DNA from: Candidatus Altarchaeum sp.
GTDB lineage: Archaea; Altiarchaeota; Altiarchaeia; Altiarchaeales; Altiarchaeaceae
Length of the DNA: 36,703 bases
NCBI GenBank assembly: GCA_018260755.1
Contig: JAGTWP010000002.1
Span: 1-36,703, forward strand
Reading direction: 5' to 3'
The notes beneath the pieces are model-generated. The model worked only from the letters and a program-made list of their open reading frames with translations, ran no database searches and was not told the DNA's origin. A program made the position numbers and the translations under genes. Below are positions 18,641 to 28,148 of this stretch, piece by piece; position 1 is the stretch's first letter, and every line of letters starts with the position of its first letter.

Positions 18641-18781
18641 ATTTTCAAATCGCAGAGATTTGAAAATCTCCGAGCAACAGCGAGGTGATTTTCAAAACCC
18701 CGAGTTTTGAAAATCTCCGAGCAACAGCGAGGTGATTTTCAAAACCCCGAGTTTTGAAAATCTCCGAGCAACAGCGAGGTG
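18641..18781. repeat. Three tandem 47-bp palindromic units ATTTTCAAAAC-CCCGA-GTTTTGAAAAT-CTCCGAGCAACAGCGAGGTG
   Basis: Units at 18641, 18688 and 18735; the same unit occurs inside MITE-B at about 9631 and about 31243. Confidence 0.95.
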
Positions 18782-18818
18782 ATTTTTTTAAAAATTTTAA
18801 CCCGTTAATTTTGTAAAA

Positions 18819-19571
18819 ATGGAACTAAAAATTTTAACCAAATTTTTTGACGAATACCTTAAAATTTCTGAAATTGAGGATGTATCTGTAAATGGTCTGC
18901 AGGTTGAAGGTCGGAAATATATTGAAAAAATTTGCTTTGCGGTTGATGCGTGCGCTGAAACATTCAAATTAGCAAAGGAGGAAAATGCAGATATGTTATT
19001 TGTTCATCACGGAATGATATGGAACGGGATAAAGAATGTTACAGGAATAACTTATAAACGACTAAAATTTATTATTGAGAATGAAATTTCCCTTTATGCA
19101 GCACATCTTCCTCTTGACATGCACGGTGAAGTTGGCAATAACATACAATTTTTAAAAATTTTCAGAATAAATGAAGCGATTGAGGAATTTGGGACATATC
19201 ACGGAATAAAGATAGGGTATAAAGGAATGTTTGAAAAGGAAAAAAATTTAAACGATTTTGTAAGTGAAATTGAAAAACACCTGAATACGAAATGTAAAAT
19301 TTTAAAATTTGGAAAAAACAAAATAAAAAGGGTGGGGGTTGTTTCAGGCGGTGCCGCTTCTTTAATTGATGAGGCAATAGAAAATGTTGACTGCTTTGTT
19401 ACAGGCGAGCCGTCGCATCAAATTTATCACATCGCAAAGGAAGCTAATCTCAATGTTATTTTTGCAGGACATTATGCAACGGAAACGCTCGGAGTTAAGG
19501 CAATGGCGAAATTAATTGGCAAAAAATTCAGCATTGAAACAAAATTTATTGACTGTCCGACGGGACTTTAA
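18819..19571 (+). CDS. Nif3-like dinuclear metal centre protein (YbgI family)
   Basis: NGLQVEG, FVHHG, AHLPLDMH, TGE, AGHYATE motifs. Confidence 0.92.
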   Translation: MELKILTKFFDEYLKISEIEDVSVNGLQVEGRKYIEKICFAVDACAETFKLAKEENADMLFVHHGMIWNGIKNVTGITYKRLKFIIENEISLYAAHLPLDMHGEVGNNIQFLKIFRINEAIEEFGTYHGIKIGYKGMFEKEKNLNDFVSEIEKHLNTKCKILKFGKNKIKRVGVVSGGAASLIDEAIENVDCFVTGEPSHQIYHIAKEANLNVIFAGHYATETLGVKAMAKLIGKKFSIETKFIDCPTGL

Positions 19572-19599
19572 ATTTTAAAACAATTTGTAAATAAATGAA

Positions 19600-20034
19600 T
19601 TAAAGAAATTTAAGGAAATACATTACAGAATTCGTAGTTGTTTCAGGTATAAATTCATTATCAGTAAAAAATTTTATTGCATTAGAATTTTTGTCCGAAA
19701 CCCTTGCGATGCATTTCCTGACATTATTTTCTTTCGCAAAATTTAACACATAATTTAACAAACTTGTTCCGATATGCTGATTTAAAAATTTTTTATCAAC
19801 ACCTATGGGACCGATTTCTGCATATGAGTTGGGATAAAAATAAATTCCGCAGAAACCAAGTATGATGCCGTTATCATAAACAAAAATCTTAAAATTTTTA
19901 TCCCGTAATGAATTTGTCAGGAAAATTTCATCTATCGGAAATTCAAAATTTTGAATATAGAAATTATAAATTTCTGCAATTGTCTTTAATTCATCTAATT
20001 CATCGGATTTTACCTTCCTTATAAAATTTTTCAT
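19600..20034 (-). CDS. GNAT family N-acetyltransferase
   Basis: IGVDKKFLNQHIGTSLL motif A and NSNAIKFF motif B; start moved to ATG 20034 (MKNFIRK). Confidence 0.8.
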   Translation of the reverse strand: MKNFIRKVKSDELDELKTIAEIYNFYIQNFEFPIDEIFLTNSLRDKNFKIFVYDNGIILGFCGIYFYPNSYAEIGPIGVDKKFLNQHIGTSLLNYVLNFAKENNVRKCIARVSDKNSNAIKFFTDNEFIPETTTNSVMYFLKFL

Positions 20035-20139
20035 TTTTAAAAATGTTCGCCGAGAATACTTATCAAAGCTCATTTTTTCTCGCTTTGTATCACATCTCGG
20101 CAACTAACACATCAACCCATTTAAATTAAAATTCAATAA

Positions 20140-20577
20140 CTAAATTTTGATTTGATTTATCTGTCTCAATGCACCCCTAATTATATCTTTATGGTCAAAT
20201 GCTAATTCCATACTTAAAATTTTGCTTATTTTAAAAAATTTTGCATTTTTCGCATCATCACATCCTAATGGATTTGAATTTTCCGGTGGAACGCACAAAA
20301 ATGCTGCTGTTATAGTATGTCCTCTCGGGTCTCTGTTGGGCTTTGAATATACCCCGATTAACCTTTCAATTTTAACATCCAAGTTTGTTTCCTCTTTTGC
20401 TTCTCTGATACATGCTTCTTCAACCGATTCCCCATATTCTACAAAGCCACCGGGAAGGGCAAAATTTCCCTGAAACGGAGGATTTTTGCGCTGAATTAGC
20501 AAAATTTCGTATTCATCATCAGTCATTACTTTTCGGTAAATAACTGCATCGGCAGTATTTCTAATAAATTTTTCCAT
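20140..20577 (-). CDS. NUDIX hydrolase (ADP-ribose pyrophosphatase-like)
   Basis: Nudix box GGFVEYGESVEEACIREAKEETNL and RDPRGH. Confidence 0.93.
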   Translation of the reverse strand: MEKFIRNTADAVIYRKVMTDDEYEILLIQRKNPPFQGNFALPGGFVEYGESVEEACIREAKEETNLDVKIERLIGVYSKPNRDPRGHTITAAFLCVPPENSNPLGCDDAKNAKFFKISKILSMELAFDHKDIIRGALRQINQIKI

Positions 20578-20747
20578 TTGAACTTTTGCTTTTATAAGAA
20601 TTAGATTGTATATAAATATTAAATTTAAAGTTAAAAATTTCTATTTTCAATGCTCTTATAATATATTAGAAATTGAGGTTTCAATGATGTTGTAATATAA
20701 TAATCCGCATGTAAAATTTGGAACTTTTTCGTCAAAATACTTTTAAG

Positions 20748-20807
20748 GTATTTGTTTAGCTAATTATGTTTTTACTTTATTAAAGTTGTTCGTGTATTTG
20801 TTTAGCT
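20748..20807. mobile_element. Two solo MITE-B left-end (TIR) remnants in direct orientation
   Basis: GTATTTGTTTAGCTAATT at 20748-20765 and GTATTTGTTTAGCT at 20794-20807. Confidence 0.7.
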
Positions 20808-20862
20808 TTTATAATTCATGCTGTTTGTGTAAGATAATTTAAAAATTTATTGTAGGTTAAAT

Positions 20863-21312
20863 TTATTGAATATATCTTGTTGCATCACTATTAACCTCTG
20901 TCGGTTGAACTGTTTGCTCTTTTCCCAGCTGAACATGCGGAATTGGAAATGGCGGAGGAAGTTGTATCTCTCTTGAAATAACTGCGGTCTCCATCATACA
21001 ATTAGAAATTATGGAGTTATGGACAGTTTCTGCCATCTCCTGCGGAAGGTGCTTATTTTCACTTGACTCCCATTCTTTAAGTGCATTATTTGCTTCTTCT
21101 GGATTTGCTGGAACATAAATTTCTCCCTCTATTCTTATAAATCCAATATTCGGCTCATAATTACTTGCGAAAACAAATCCCACAGATAAACCGTTTTCTG
21201 CCTTCGTAAGATGTGTTAAAGTGCTTTTGCTGCTTATCTGTATTGTTTGTTCGCTTATTCCGCTTCCGAATTTTCTTGCTTCAATTGCCTTATAACTTGC
21301 AGTTACATTCAT
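20863..21312 (-). CDS. Conserved archaeal hypothetical protein
   Basis: 149-aa ORF with protein-like composition; GFIRIEGEI and C-terminal LPPPFPIP. Confidence 0.7.
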   Translation of the reverse strand: MNVTASYKAIEARKFGSGISEQTIQISSKSTLTHLTKAENGLSVGFVFASNYEPNIGFIRIEGEIYVPANPEEANNALKEWESSENKHLPQEMAETVHNSIISNCMMETAVISREIQLPPPFPIPHVQLGKEQTVQPTEVNSDATRYIQ

Positions 21313-21371
21313 TTTGTTGATATAATTAATTAAAGATTAATTAAAAAATTTGCTGTTTTGAATTTTCTGTT

Positions 21372-21794
21372 TTACAATTCAATTAATTTTACAATATCTT
21401 TTGTCTTATAAATATTTACTTTGTTTTGTGAATCAAAGTGTTTGTAATCACTCCACAAAGAACATTTTAGGGCAAGAGAAGTGGCAATAAATATTGAATC
21501 GTCCATATCAATCTCTTTCATCACTTCTTCTACCAACTCCAATTTTTTCATATATTTATCTTTTGGAACGAATAAAATGTGTTTTTCTATGAACATTATT
21601 AAAGCACAGTGAAAACGATATCATTCATCCCGGATTTTTTCAGTATTTTTTTTGGGTTAAGATTTCCTTAAACATATACTCTGGAGCACATAACTCAAAA
21701 ATATCGCTCAATATCATCTTTCTAAGTAAAGAGTCCTTTATCCATGCTCCAATAATTATATTTATATCGCATTTGTAGCAATCACTAATCTCAT
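21372..21794 (-). pseudogene. PIN-domain (VapC-like) toxin, frameshifted
   Basis: MRLVIATN, then shifted DINIIIGAWIKDSLLRKMILSDIFELCAPEYMFKEI, then DMDDSIFIATSL..LWSDYKHF; ATG overlaps the upstream gene stop (ATGA). Confidence 0.75.
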
Positions 21795-22009
21795 TCTTGT
21801 TCGCTTTTTACTCTTTCATAAAGTCCCTTCTTTATTATATGGTCTAATTTATCTATATCTTCCTGCTTTAAGGAACTTCCATAAGTAAGAACATTTCTTA
21901 TTTCAATATCAAGTAATTTATTTATGATACTTTTCTTTACTATGTTAATTGTTTCTTTTTCTCTGAGAAATATTCCAAGATCAGACGCCAGCTCTACTGT
22001 TACAACCAT
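21791..22009 (-). CDS. Small protein, putative antitoxin
   Basis: 72 aa, translationally coupled upstream of the PIN pseudogene. Confidence 0.6.
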   Translation of the reverse strand: MVVTVELASDLGIFLREKETINIVKKSIINKLLDIEIRNVLTYGSSLKQEDIDKLDHIIKKGLYERVKSEQE

Positions 22010-22046
22010 CTGATTAGTTTATTTTTCATTATTAATTAGAAAAGAT

Positions 22047-22121
22047 AAACAAAAAGATATAAAAACAAAAGATATAAAAACAAAAAGATATAAAAACAAA
22101 AGATATAAAAACAAAAAGATA
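22047..22121. repeat. Alternating 16/15-nt units AAAAAC(A4-5)GATAT (31-nt higher-order repeat) directly upstream of hel308
   Basis: Five units with A-runs of 5,4,5,4,5. Confidence 0.9.
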
Positions 22122-22126
22122 CTATA

Positions 22127-24160
22127 ATGCTAAATTTTACCGAAATTTTAAAAATTCGTAATGTTGCAAAATTTTACGATTATCAGGAAAAAGCAATAGC
22201 TGAAATAGACAAAGGAAAAAATTTAATTGTTTCAACGCCCACAGCAAGCGGAAAAACCCTGCTTGCAGAATACGGAATAGTCAGGGCATTAAATAATAAC
22301 GGAAAAGCCATATATGTTGTGCCGATGCGTGCATTAGCAAGCGAGAAGTTCAGGGAATTTGAAATTTATAAAAATTTCGGATACAAAGTAGTGCTTGAAA
22401 TGGGGGATATGGAAAGTTTGGATGTTGAAACACTGAAATACAAATACAGCCGTTTAAATTTTGATGTTTTATTCGCTACTGCTGAAAAATTAGATGCAAT
22501 TTTGAGGGCAAATGTTTCCCTGAAGAACTTAAAATTTTTGGTTGTTGATGAAATTCATTTTTTAGGCAGTCCCGACAGGGGTTCTGTTTATGAAATTTTA
22601 ATTGCCAAATTAAGAAAAAATTTTCCCGACATTCAGATTCTGGGATTATCCGCTACTATTGGAAATACGGATGAACTGGCAAAATGGTTAGATGCATCAT
22701 TAGTTCAGTCATCATTTCGTCCTGTTCCGCTTACAGAGATAATTGAAACAAAAAATGACTTAAATGCAATAGTTGCTGAAAATTTACCCAAAGGCAACAT
22801 TCTGATATTCACAAATTCAAAAAAAAGATGTCAGGACTTGTGCGGGGAATTAAGCGAAATGAGTATATTTAAAAATATCAATGAAGTTGAACTCAGCAAA
22901 GAAATTTTAAACGCTGTAGAGTCCCCTACGGAACAGTGCAAATTGCTTACAAATTTTGTTAAAAAAGGAATTGCCTTCCATCATGCGGGACTTACAAATA
23001 AACAGCGCGAGTTGGTTGAGGAAAATTTTAAAAACAACAAAATAAAGGTAATCATTGCCACTCCCACTTTGGCTTACGGTGTAAATTTACCTGCACACAC
23101 GGTAATTATTGAACGACTAAACAGATATACTAATAAAGGAATGGTTGAAATTCCTGTGTTAGAGTATAAACAAATGTCTGGTAGGTCAGGAAGGCCAAAA
23201 TATGATAAAGAAGGAACTGTAATAATTAAGGCAAATAAAGCCAAAGAAAAACACATCCGTGAAAAATACATAAACGGGAAACCCGAGGATATTGAGTCAT
23301 ATATTCTGGCAGAGCCAAATTTAAGATTTCATACATTGTCTTTAATTCCGGAAATTTCCAATGTTGAGGAAATTATCCGATTTTTTGATACGACCTTTGG
23401 AATGTTCAGATACGGGAATCCGGAAGCGGTTGAAAGAAACATTATTAATATCATCAGTGGATTAAAGGACTGGAAATTTGCCGAAGAAAAAAATAAAAAA
23501 TTAAATTTAACTCCTGCGGGAAACAGGATTAATCAGATGTATATAGATCCGTTAACCGCAGAACGATATATTGTAAATTTTTTAAATATTTCTTCACAAT
23601 TTGGCAGTTATGATGATATTAGTATTCTTTTTATTTTATGCACGGCAACGGAAATGCCTTTGCTTTACATAAGTAGGGGTGAAGAAGATGACATTCTCGG
23701 TGAATTTTTATCACAGGAGAATCATAGGTATCTTGAGGAAATAGGAGGGGATGACTATTTAGAAAAATTTAAAACTGCAAATATGTTCAATGCGTGGCTC
23801 AGCGAGAAATCGGAAAATTATATTTATTCAACATTTAATGCACCTCCCGGATTGCTGCATCAGAAGGTTGAAATTTTACAGTGGCTTACTTATGCTGCCT
23901 GTGAAATAGGAAAAATTTTAAAATTTCCACAGATAAAACAGCTGATGGAGATGCATATAAAGGCCAAGTACGGAATAGGGAAGGAACTGATTGAATTAAT
24001 AAGTATAAAAGGAGTCGGAAGGGTCAGAGCAAGGGCTTTGTTTAATGCAGGTTTTGTGAATAAGGATATGCTCAGAAAGGCAAGTGTTGATGAGATTGCG
24101 AGGATTTTAAAGAGTAAAAAGATAGCAGAGGAAATTAAGAAAGAGGTTGAAGTGATATAA
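22127..24160 (+). CDS. hel308: Ski2-like DNA helicase Hel308/Hjm
   Basis: PTASGKT, PMRALASEK, DEIH, LSAT, FHHAGL, TPTLAYGVNLPA, QMSGRSGRP and C-terminal HhH GVGRVRAR. Confidence 0.92.
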   Translation: MLNFTEILKIRNVAKFYDYQEKAIAEIDKGKNLIVSTPTASGKTLLAEYGIVRALNNNGKAIYVVPMRALASEKFREFEIYKNFGYKVVLEMGDMESLDVETLKYKYSRLNFDVLFATAEKLDAILRANVSLKNLKFLVVDEIHFLGSPDRGSVYEILIAKLRKNFPDIQILGLSATIGNTDELAKWLDASLVQSSFRPVPLTEIIETKNDLNAIVAENLPKGNILIFTNSKKRCQDLCGELSEMSIFKNINEVELSKEILNAVESPTEQCKLLTNFVKKGIAFHHAGLTNKQRELVEENFKNNKIKVIIATPTLAYGVNLPAHTVIIERLNRYTNKGMVEIPVLEYKQMSGRSGRPKYDKEGTVIIKANKAKEKHIREKYINGKPEDIESYILAEPNLRFHTLSLIPEISNVEEIIRFFDTTFGMFRYGNPEAVERNIINIISGLKDWKFAEEKNKKLNLTPAGNRINQMYIDPLTAERYIVNFLNISSQFGSYDDISILFILCTATEMPLLYISRGEEDDILGEFLSQENHRYLEEIGGDDYLEKFKTANMFNAWLSEKSENYIYSTFNAPPGLLHQKVEILQWLTYAACEIGKILKFPQIKQLMEMHIKAKYGIGKELIELISIKGVGRVRARALFNAGFVNKDMLRKASVDEIARILKSKKIAEEIKKEVEVI

Positions 24161-24163
24161 TGG

Positions 24164-24220
24164 AGTTGTTGTAGATTAGTTGTTGTAAATTAGTTGTTGT
24201 AAATTAGTTGTTGTAAATTA
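24164..24220. repeat. 14-nt tandem repeat AGTTGTTGTAAATT x4
   Basis: Seen directly after the hel308 stop. Confidence 0.92.
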
Positions 24221-24314
24221 AAAATTTTAAGGTAGAAATTAATAAAATTCAAAGGTGAAAAAGTTATTTTGCAACATGTCTAATATAATTGATCTAAATT
24301 TTAGATGAAATTTT

Positions 24315-25625
24315 CTAAATTTTTTCCACAATTAAAGTATAATTATCTTTTCCTTTAATTTTTACCTTCTCTCCTTTTAAAATTTTCTCATCCATTTTTA
24401 AATTTTTTGCCTTCCATAATTCACCTTTATACATAACAAATCCAGTGTTATTTTCAAATTCCTCTGTTGATTCGGCTGTTTCTCCGAGCATACTTTCCCC
24501 GATTACGGGCTTCTTTTTCCATGATTTGAAAATTTTTGTAACTGCAAAAATCAGAAATGCGGCAAATATTACCGACGGAAAAATTATTGAATACAGCAGT
24601 GTATTAAAGAATTCCTGCGATACATAAAATTTTGGAGATGATAATGGCCCGATAGAAATTATTCCCATAATCAGGGCAATGACTCCAACTCCTCCGACAA
24701 TTCCAAAACTATGCGAACTCAATTCATAAATTATTAAAGCAATTCCTAAAATCAGCAAAGCAATTCCGACTAAATTTACATCAAAACCCAGTCCGATTAA
24801 GCCCAATAGTATGCATAATATTCCTAAAATTTCTGCACCCATTCCCGGACTTGAAAGCCCAAAAATTAATGCATAAATTCCGAGCATAAGTAAAAGAGAC
24901 GCGAGCAATGGATTTGAAAGGAGGGTCATTATCTTTGTCTTAACACTTGGTTCATAATGCAATATTTCCGCATTTTTTGTAATTATTGTCTTTTCTCCAT
25001 CTGAAACACTTACCTTCATTCCGTCAATTTTATCAATCAAATCCTGCTCATTATTCGCAATTATTTCAACCACATTAAATTTCGTTGCATCATCCGCATT
25101 TAAATTTAAATTTTCAACGATAAATTTTTCTGCAAGCGAGAAATTTCTGTTATGCATTTTCATTCTTTCCTTCATTACCGCAATTACAGCATTTAAAATT
25201 TTTGATTCGTTTATCGGAATTGATTTATCTGCTCCGATATAAACCGGCTGACAGGAACCGATTATGGAATTTGGAGACATTGCCGCAATATGTGTTGAAA
25301 GTAAAATAAATGTTCCCGCACTCCATGCATGTGCGCCTTTTGGGCTAACATATCCTACAAAAGGAATTTCGGAATTATCAATGATTTGTATTATTTTCAG
25401 TGTGGAATCCAAATCCCCGCCGGGTGTATTCAGCCGCAAAATTATAACATCCGGCTTTTCATTAACCGCTTCCGTTATTATTTCTGTTGTTGCCGAAGTT
25501 ATTGCATCATCAATATCAATTACATAAATTTTTTTCGCATGAATTTCATCTGCCTGAACATTTACAAATCCAAATAATATAAAAACCAAAAGTCCGATAA
25601 ATCCGATGAGTAAAATTTTTTTCAT
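24315..25625 (-). CDS. nfeD: NfeD family membrane-bound serine protease (long form)
   Basis: LNTPGG, AWSAGTFI (ClpP-like Ser), multiple TM helices, C-terminal OB fold GELWKA. Confidence 0.9.
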   Translation of the reverse strand: MKKILLIGFIGLLVFILFGFVNVQADEIHAKKIYVIDIDDAITSATTEIITEAVNEKPDVIILRLNTPGGDLDSTLKIIQIIDNSEIPFVGYVSPKGAHAWSAGTFILLSTHIAAMSPNSIIGSCQPVYIGADKSIPINESKILNAVIAVMKERMKMHNRNFSLAEKFIVENLNLNADDATKFNVVEIIANNEQDLIDKIDGMKVSVSDGEKTIITKNAEILHYEPSVKTKIMTLLSNPLLASLLLMLGIYALIFGLSSPGMGAEILGILCILLGLIGLGFDVNLVGIALLILGIALIIYELSSHSFGIVGGVGVIALIMGIISIGPLSSPKFYVSQEFFNTLLYSIIFPSVIFAAFLIFAVTKIFKSWKKKPVIGESMLGETAESTEEFENNTGFVMYKGELWKAKNLKMDEKILKGEKVKIKGKDNYTLIVEKI

Positions 25626-25714
25626 TTTAAATTATAAAATTAATTAGTTGTTTATTTATTAGTTATTTGATGTTTAATTTAAAAATAAAAACCAATAAAA
25701 AAAAACCAATAAAA

Positions 25715-26236
25715 ATGAGTCACGAAGAACACTTGAAATATGCTTCAAAAGAAATTTCAAAACCAGTTAATGTTGCCGTCTTAACAGTTAGCGATACAAG
25801 AACAAAGGATACAGACGAATCGGGAAAAATTTTATGCGAAATACTGAAAAATAAAGGGCACAACATTGTTTATTATGAAATTGTGAAAGATGAAAAGAAA
25901 GAGATAGAAAATTTTGTAAAGAAAGCAATTTCAGACGAAAATGTTGATGTTATAATAACAAATGGAGGCACAGGAATTTCAAAAAGAGATGTAACAATTG
26001 AAACAATTTCAAAATTTTTTGAAAAAACACTGAACGGATTCGGGGAAATTTTCAGATATTTGAGTTATGAAGAAATCAAAAGCGGGGCAATTATGTCAAG
26101 GGCAACGGCAGGAGTGTGTAATGGAAAAGCAATATTTTCAATTCCCGGCTCACCAAATGCGGTAAAACTCGCTGCGGATAAAATTATAATTCCTGAAATT
26201 TCCCATATTGTCTGGGAATTAAAAAGACAAATGTAA
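25715..26236 (+). CDS. moaB: Molybdopterin adenylyltransferase MoaB/Mog
   Basis: LTVSDTR, DESG, NGGTGISKRDVT, GFGEIFR, SRATAG, IPGSPNAV; ATG 25715 preferred as start. Confidence 0.93.
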   Translation: MSHEEHLKYASKEISKPVNVAVLTVSDTRTKDTDESGKILCEILKNKGHNIVYYEIVKDEKKEIENFVKKAISDENVDVIITNGGTGISKRDVTIETISKFFEKTLNGFGEIFRYLSYEEIKSGAIMSRATAGVCNGKAIFSIPGSPNAVKLAADKIIIPEISHIVWELKRQM

Positions 26237-26239
26237 TTT

Positions 26240-26324
26240 AATCGAATCAGATAATCTACTAATTGAATCAGATAATCTGCTAATTGAATCAGATAATCTG
26301 CTAATTGAATTTAGATAATCTGCT
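26240..26324. repeat. 21-nt tandem repeat AATTGAATCAGATAATCTGCT x4, overlapping the sixA stop codon
   Basis: Units at 26240, 26261, 26282 and 26303. Confidence 0.92.
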
Positions 26325-26793
26325 CCACTTTTTTAAATTTTCCGTTTGTGATTTCAACCTTGCATAAACATCCTTTTTTCAAATCAACGCATTCCTCGTC
26401 ACTTTTTATAAATTTTACGCTCACTTCCTTTGTGTATTCCAAACGAGTTTGAAATGCCAACATCTTTCCAAGAAACGGCTGATGTCCTACTATTAAAATT
26501 TTGTCTTTGTTGAGGTAGTTAAGATGATTTAAAATTTCATCGGGATTTGACAAAGGATTCAGCAAATCATTTATTTTAATCTCGTTCTTAAAATCTGTCT
26601 CTTTTGCAATTATTTCTGCCGTTTGAATTGCCCTTGTTAAAGGACTTGAAAATATTTCATCCATCTTTACATCTAAATTTTTCAGTATTTTTCCTACTTT
26701 CTTTGCCTGCTTTTTACCTTTTTTAGATAACTCTCTCAATTCATCAATATCTCCTTCTGATGCATCCCCGTGTCTGACAATATAAATTTCCAT
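26311..26793 (-). CDS. sixA: Phosphohistidine phosphatase SixA
   Basis: VRHG, RELSKKG, SSPLTRAIQTA, VGHQP motifs. Confidence 0.88.
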   Translation of the reverse strand: MEIYIVRHGDASEGDIDELRELSKKGKKQAKKVGKILKNLDVKMDEIFSSPLTRAIQTAEIIAKETDFKNEIKINDLLNPLSNPDEILNHLNYLNKDKILIVGHQPFLGKMLAFQTRLEYTKEVSVKFIKSDEECVDLKKGCLCKVEITNGKFKKVEQII

Positions 26794-26794
26794 T

Positions 26795-28075
26795 TCATAA
26801 AATTTTTAAAATTTTTTCTGCCACCTCAATGGCATCCCTTCCGAAAACCCTGAGCATTGCTTCCTTCCCAAAGCCACCTTTATCATAAATGAGCTCCGCT
26901 TTTGGATTTTTTGTTAAGGCATTTTCAATTCCAAATTCCATTGTCTTTCCTTCCATTAACTTATTTTCCTTTGGTTCTGCATTTCTGTCAAAGTCCGAAA
27001 TTTCAAATTCCAAATTTTTAAATTTTTCCAAATTTTCCTCGCTGAATTTTACATTTATTACCGCTCTGTTGTTGGTTTTTGAATATTTCATGTAAGCAGA
27101 TAATGCCCTCGCCAAATGATGCTCGCCCCCAAATTCAACATCCCCTATTGCTTTCAGTTTTTTATCAAGTCCGTCATAAAAAATCCTTCCGGAAAATTCC
27201 CCAATATCAAATATATCCTCGGAAAAATTTGTTATTTGTGCGATATTTATTCCAACTTCAGGACAAATTTTATCGAGGTTTCTACCTTTATTTAAAATTT
27301 TTAATGCCTGCCTTATATTTTCCTTAACAACATCTTTTTCAACTTCAAAGAAAGGATTTAAAATTGCCATTTTCAAACCATCATTTATTGAGTGTTTTAT
27401 TGATTCGTAAGTAAAAATTTTTGCCTTTTTTATTGCCTCAAACATTTCATAGTTTTGTGCCAAATAGCAGGTTATTGCAGATGAAAATGTGCATCCAGAA
27501 CCGTGTGTTTTGAGCGGAATTTTGTCAAATTTCAAAATTTCAAATTTGTTGTTGTAATAAATTAAGTCCTCTCCTTCATCCTTTATCACACAATTTCCGA
27601 TAATTTCTGCTGCTTTCTTTTTATCATCAGGGTTTTTGATTTCAATTCCGCTCAAAATTTCTGCTTCTTTTAGATTAGGTGTTGTTAATTTTGAAATTTT
27701 TGAAAGTTGTTTTAAAGAGTTGAGCAAGCATTCATCATAAAATTTGAAACCTGTTGTTGAAATTAAAATTGTATCTAAAATAGGGGAACAACCGTATTCT
27801 TTCATTTTTTTATAAATCGCATTACAAATTTTTCCATTGCCAATCAGTCCAATTTTCACTTCATCTGGCTTTAATTCCATTGCAGCATCTATTTGTTGTT
27901 CAATAAATTTTGTGTCTAAAAATTGGACGTTGTAAATTTTTGAGGTATTTTGTGCTGTAACTGCGGTTATTACATTAGTTCCGTAAATTCCCAATGCACT
28001 GAATACCTTTAAGTCCTGCTGAATTCCAGCGCCGCTTATGCTATCGCTTCCGGCAATTGTAAGGCAAGTTTTCAC
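26795..28075 (-). CDS. thiDN: Bifunctional HMP kinase / thiamine-phosphate synthase ThiDN
   Basis: TIAGSDSISGAG, TAQNT, TPN, HGSGCTFS (ThiD); PEVGINI, HLAR and DKGGFGKEAM (ThiN); GTG start. Confidence 0.92.
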   Translation of the reverse strand: MKTCLTIAGSDSISGAGIQQDLKVFSALGIYGTNVITAVTAQNTSKIYNVQFLDTKFIEQQIDAAMELKPDEVKIGLIGNGKICNAIYKKMKEYGCSPILDTILISTTGFKFYDECLLNSLKQLSKISKLTTPNLKEAEILSGIEIKNPDDKKKAAEIIGNCVIKDEGEDLIYYNNKFEILKFDKIPLKTHGSGCTFSSAITCYLAQNYEMFEAIKKAKIFTYESIKHSINDGLKMAILNPFFEVEKDVVKENIRQALKILNKGRNLDKICPEVGINIAQITNFSEDIFDIGEFSGRIFYDGLDKKLKAIGDVEFGGEHHLARALSAYMKYSKTNNRAVINVKFSEENLEKFKNLEFEISDFDRNAEPKENKLMEGKTMEFGIENALTKNPKAELIYDKGGFGKEAMLRVFGRDAIEVAEKILKIL

Positions 28076-28148
28076 TCTTTTAAATTTTTAGGTTAATTTT
28101 AAATTTATTAATTAAATTTATTAATTAAATTTCAATCAAATTTTTAAA

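Noticed and set aside
18641-18781. CRISPR mini-array
   Set aside because: Units 2 and 3 are identical, the variable part is a palindromic stem-loop rather than a unique spacer, and no cas genes are in the window
20045-20120. C/D-box sRNA
   Set aside because: Box motifs are degenerate and guide spacing is too short; kept only as an unspecified hairpin
24315-25625. nfeD without an adjacent stomatin partner as a novel system
   Set aside because: Gene order in this window is generally scrambled and the partner may simply lie elsewhere
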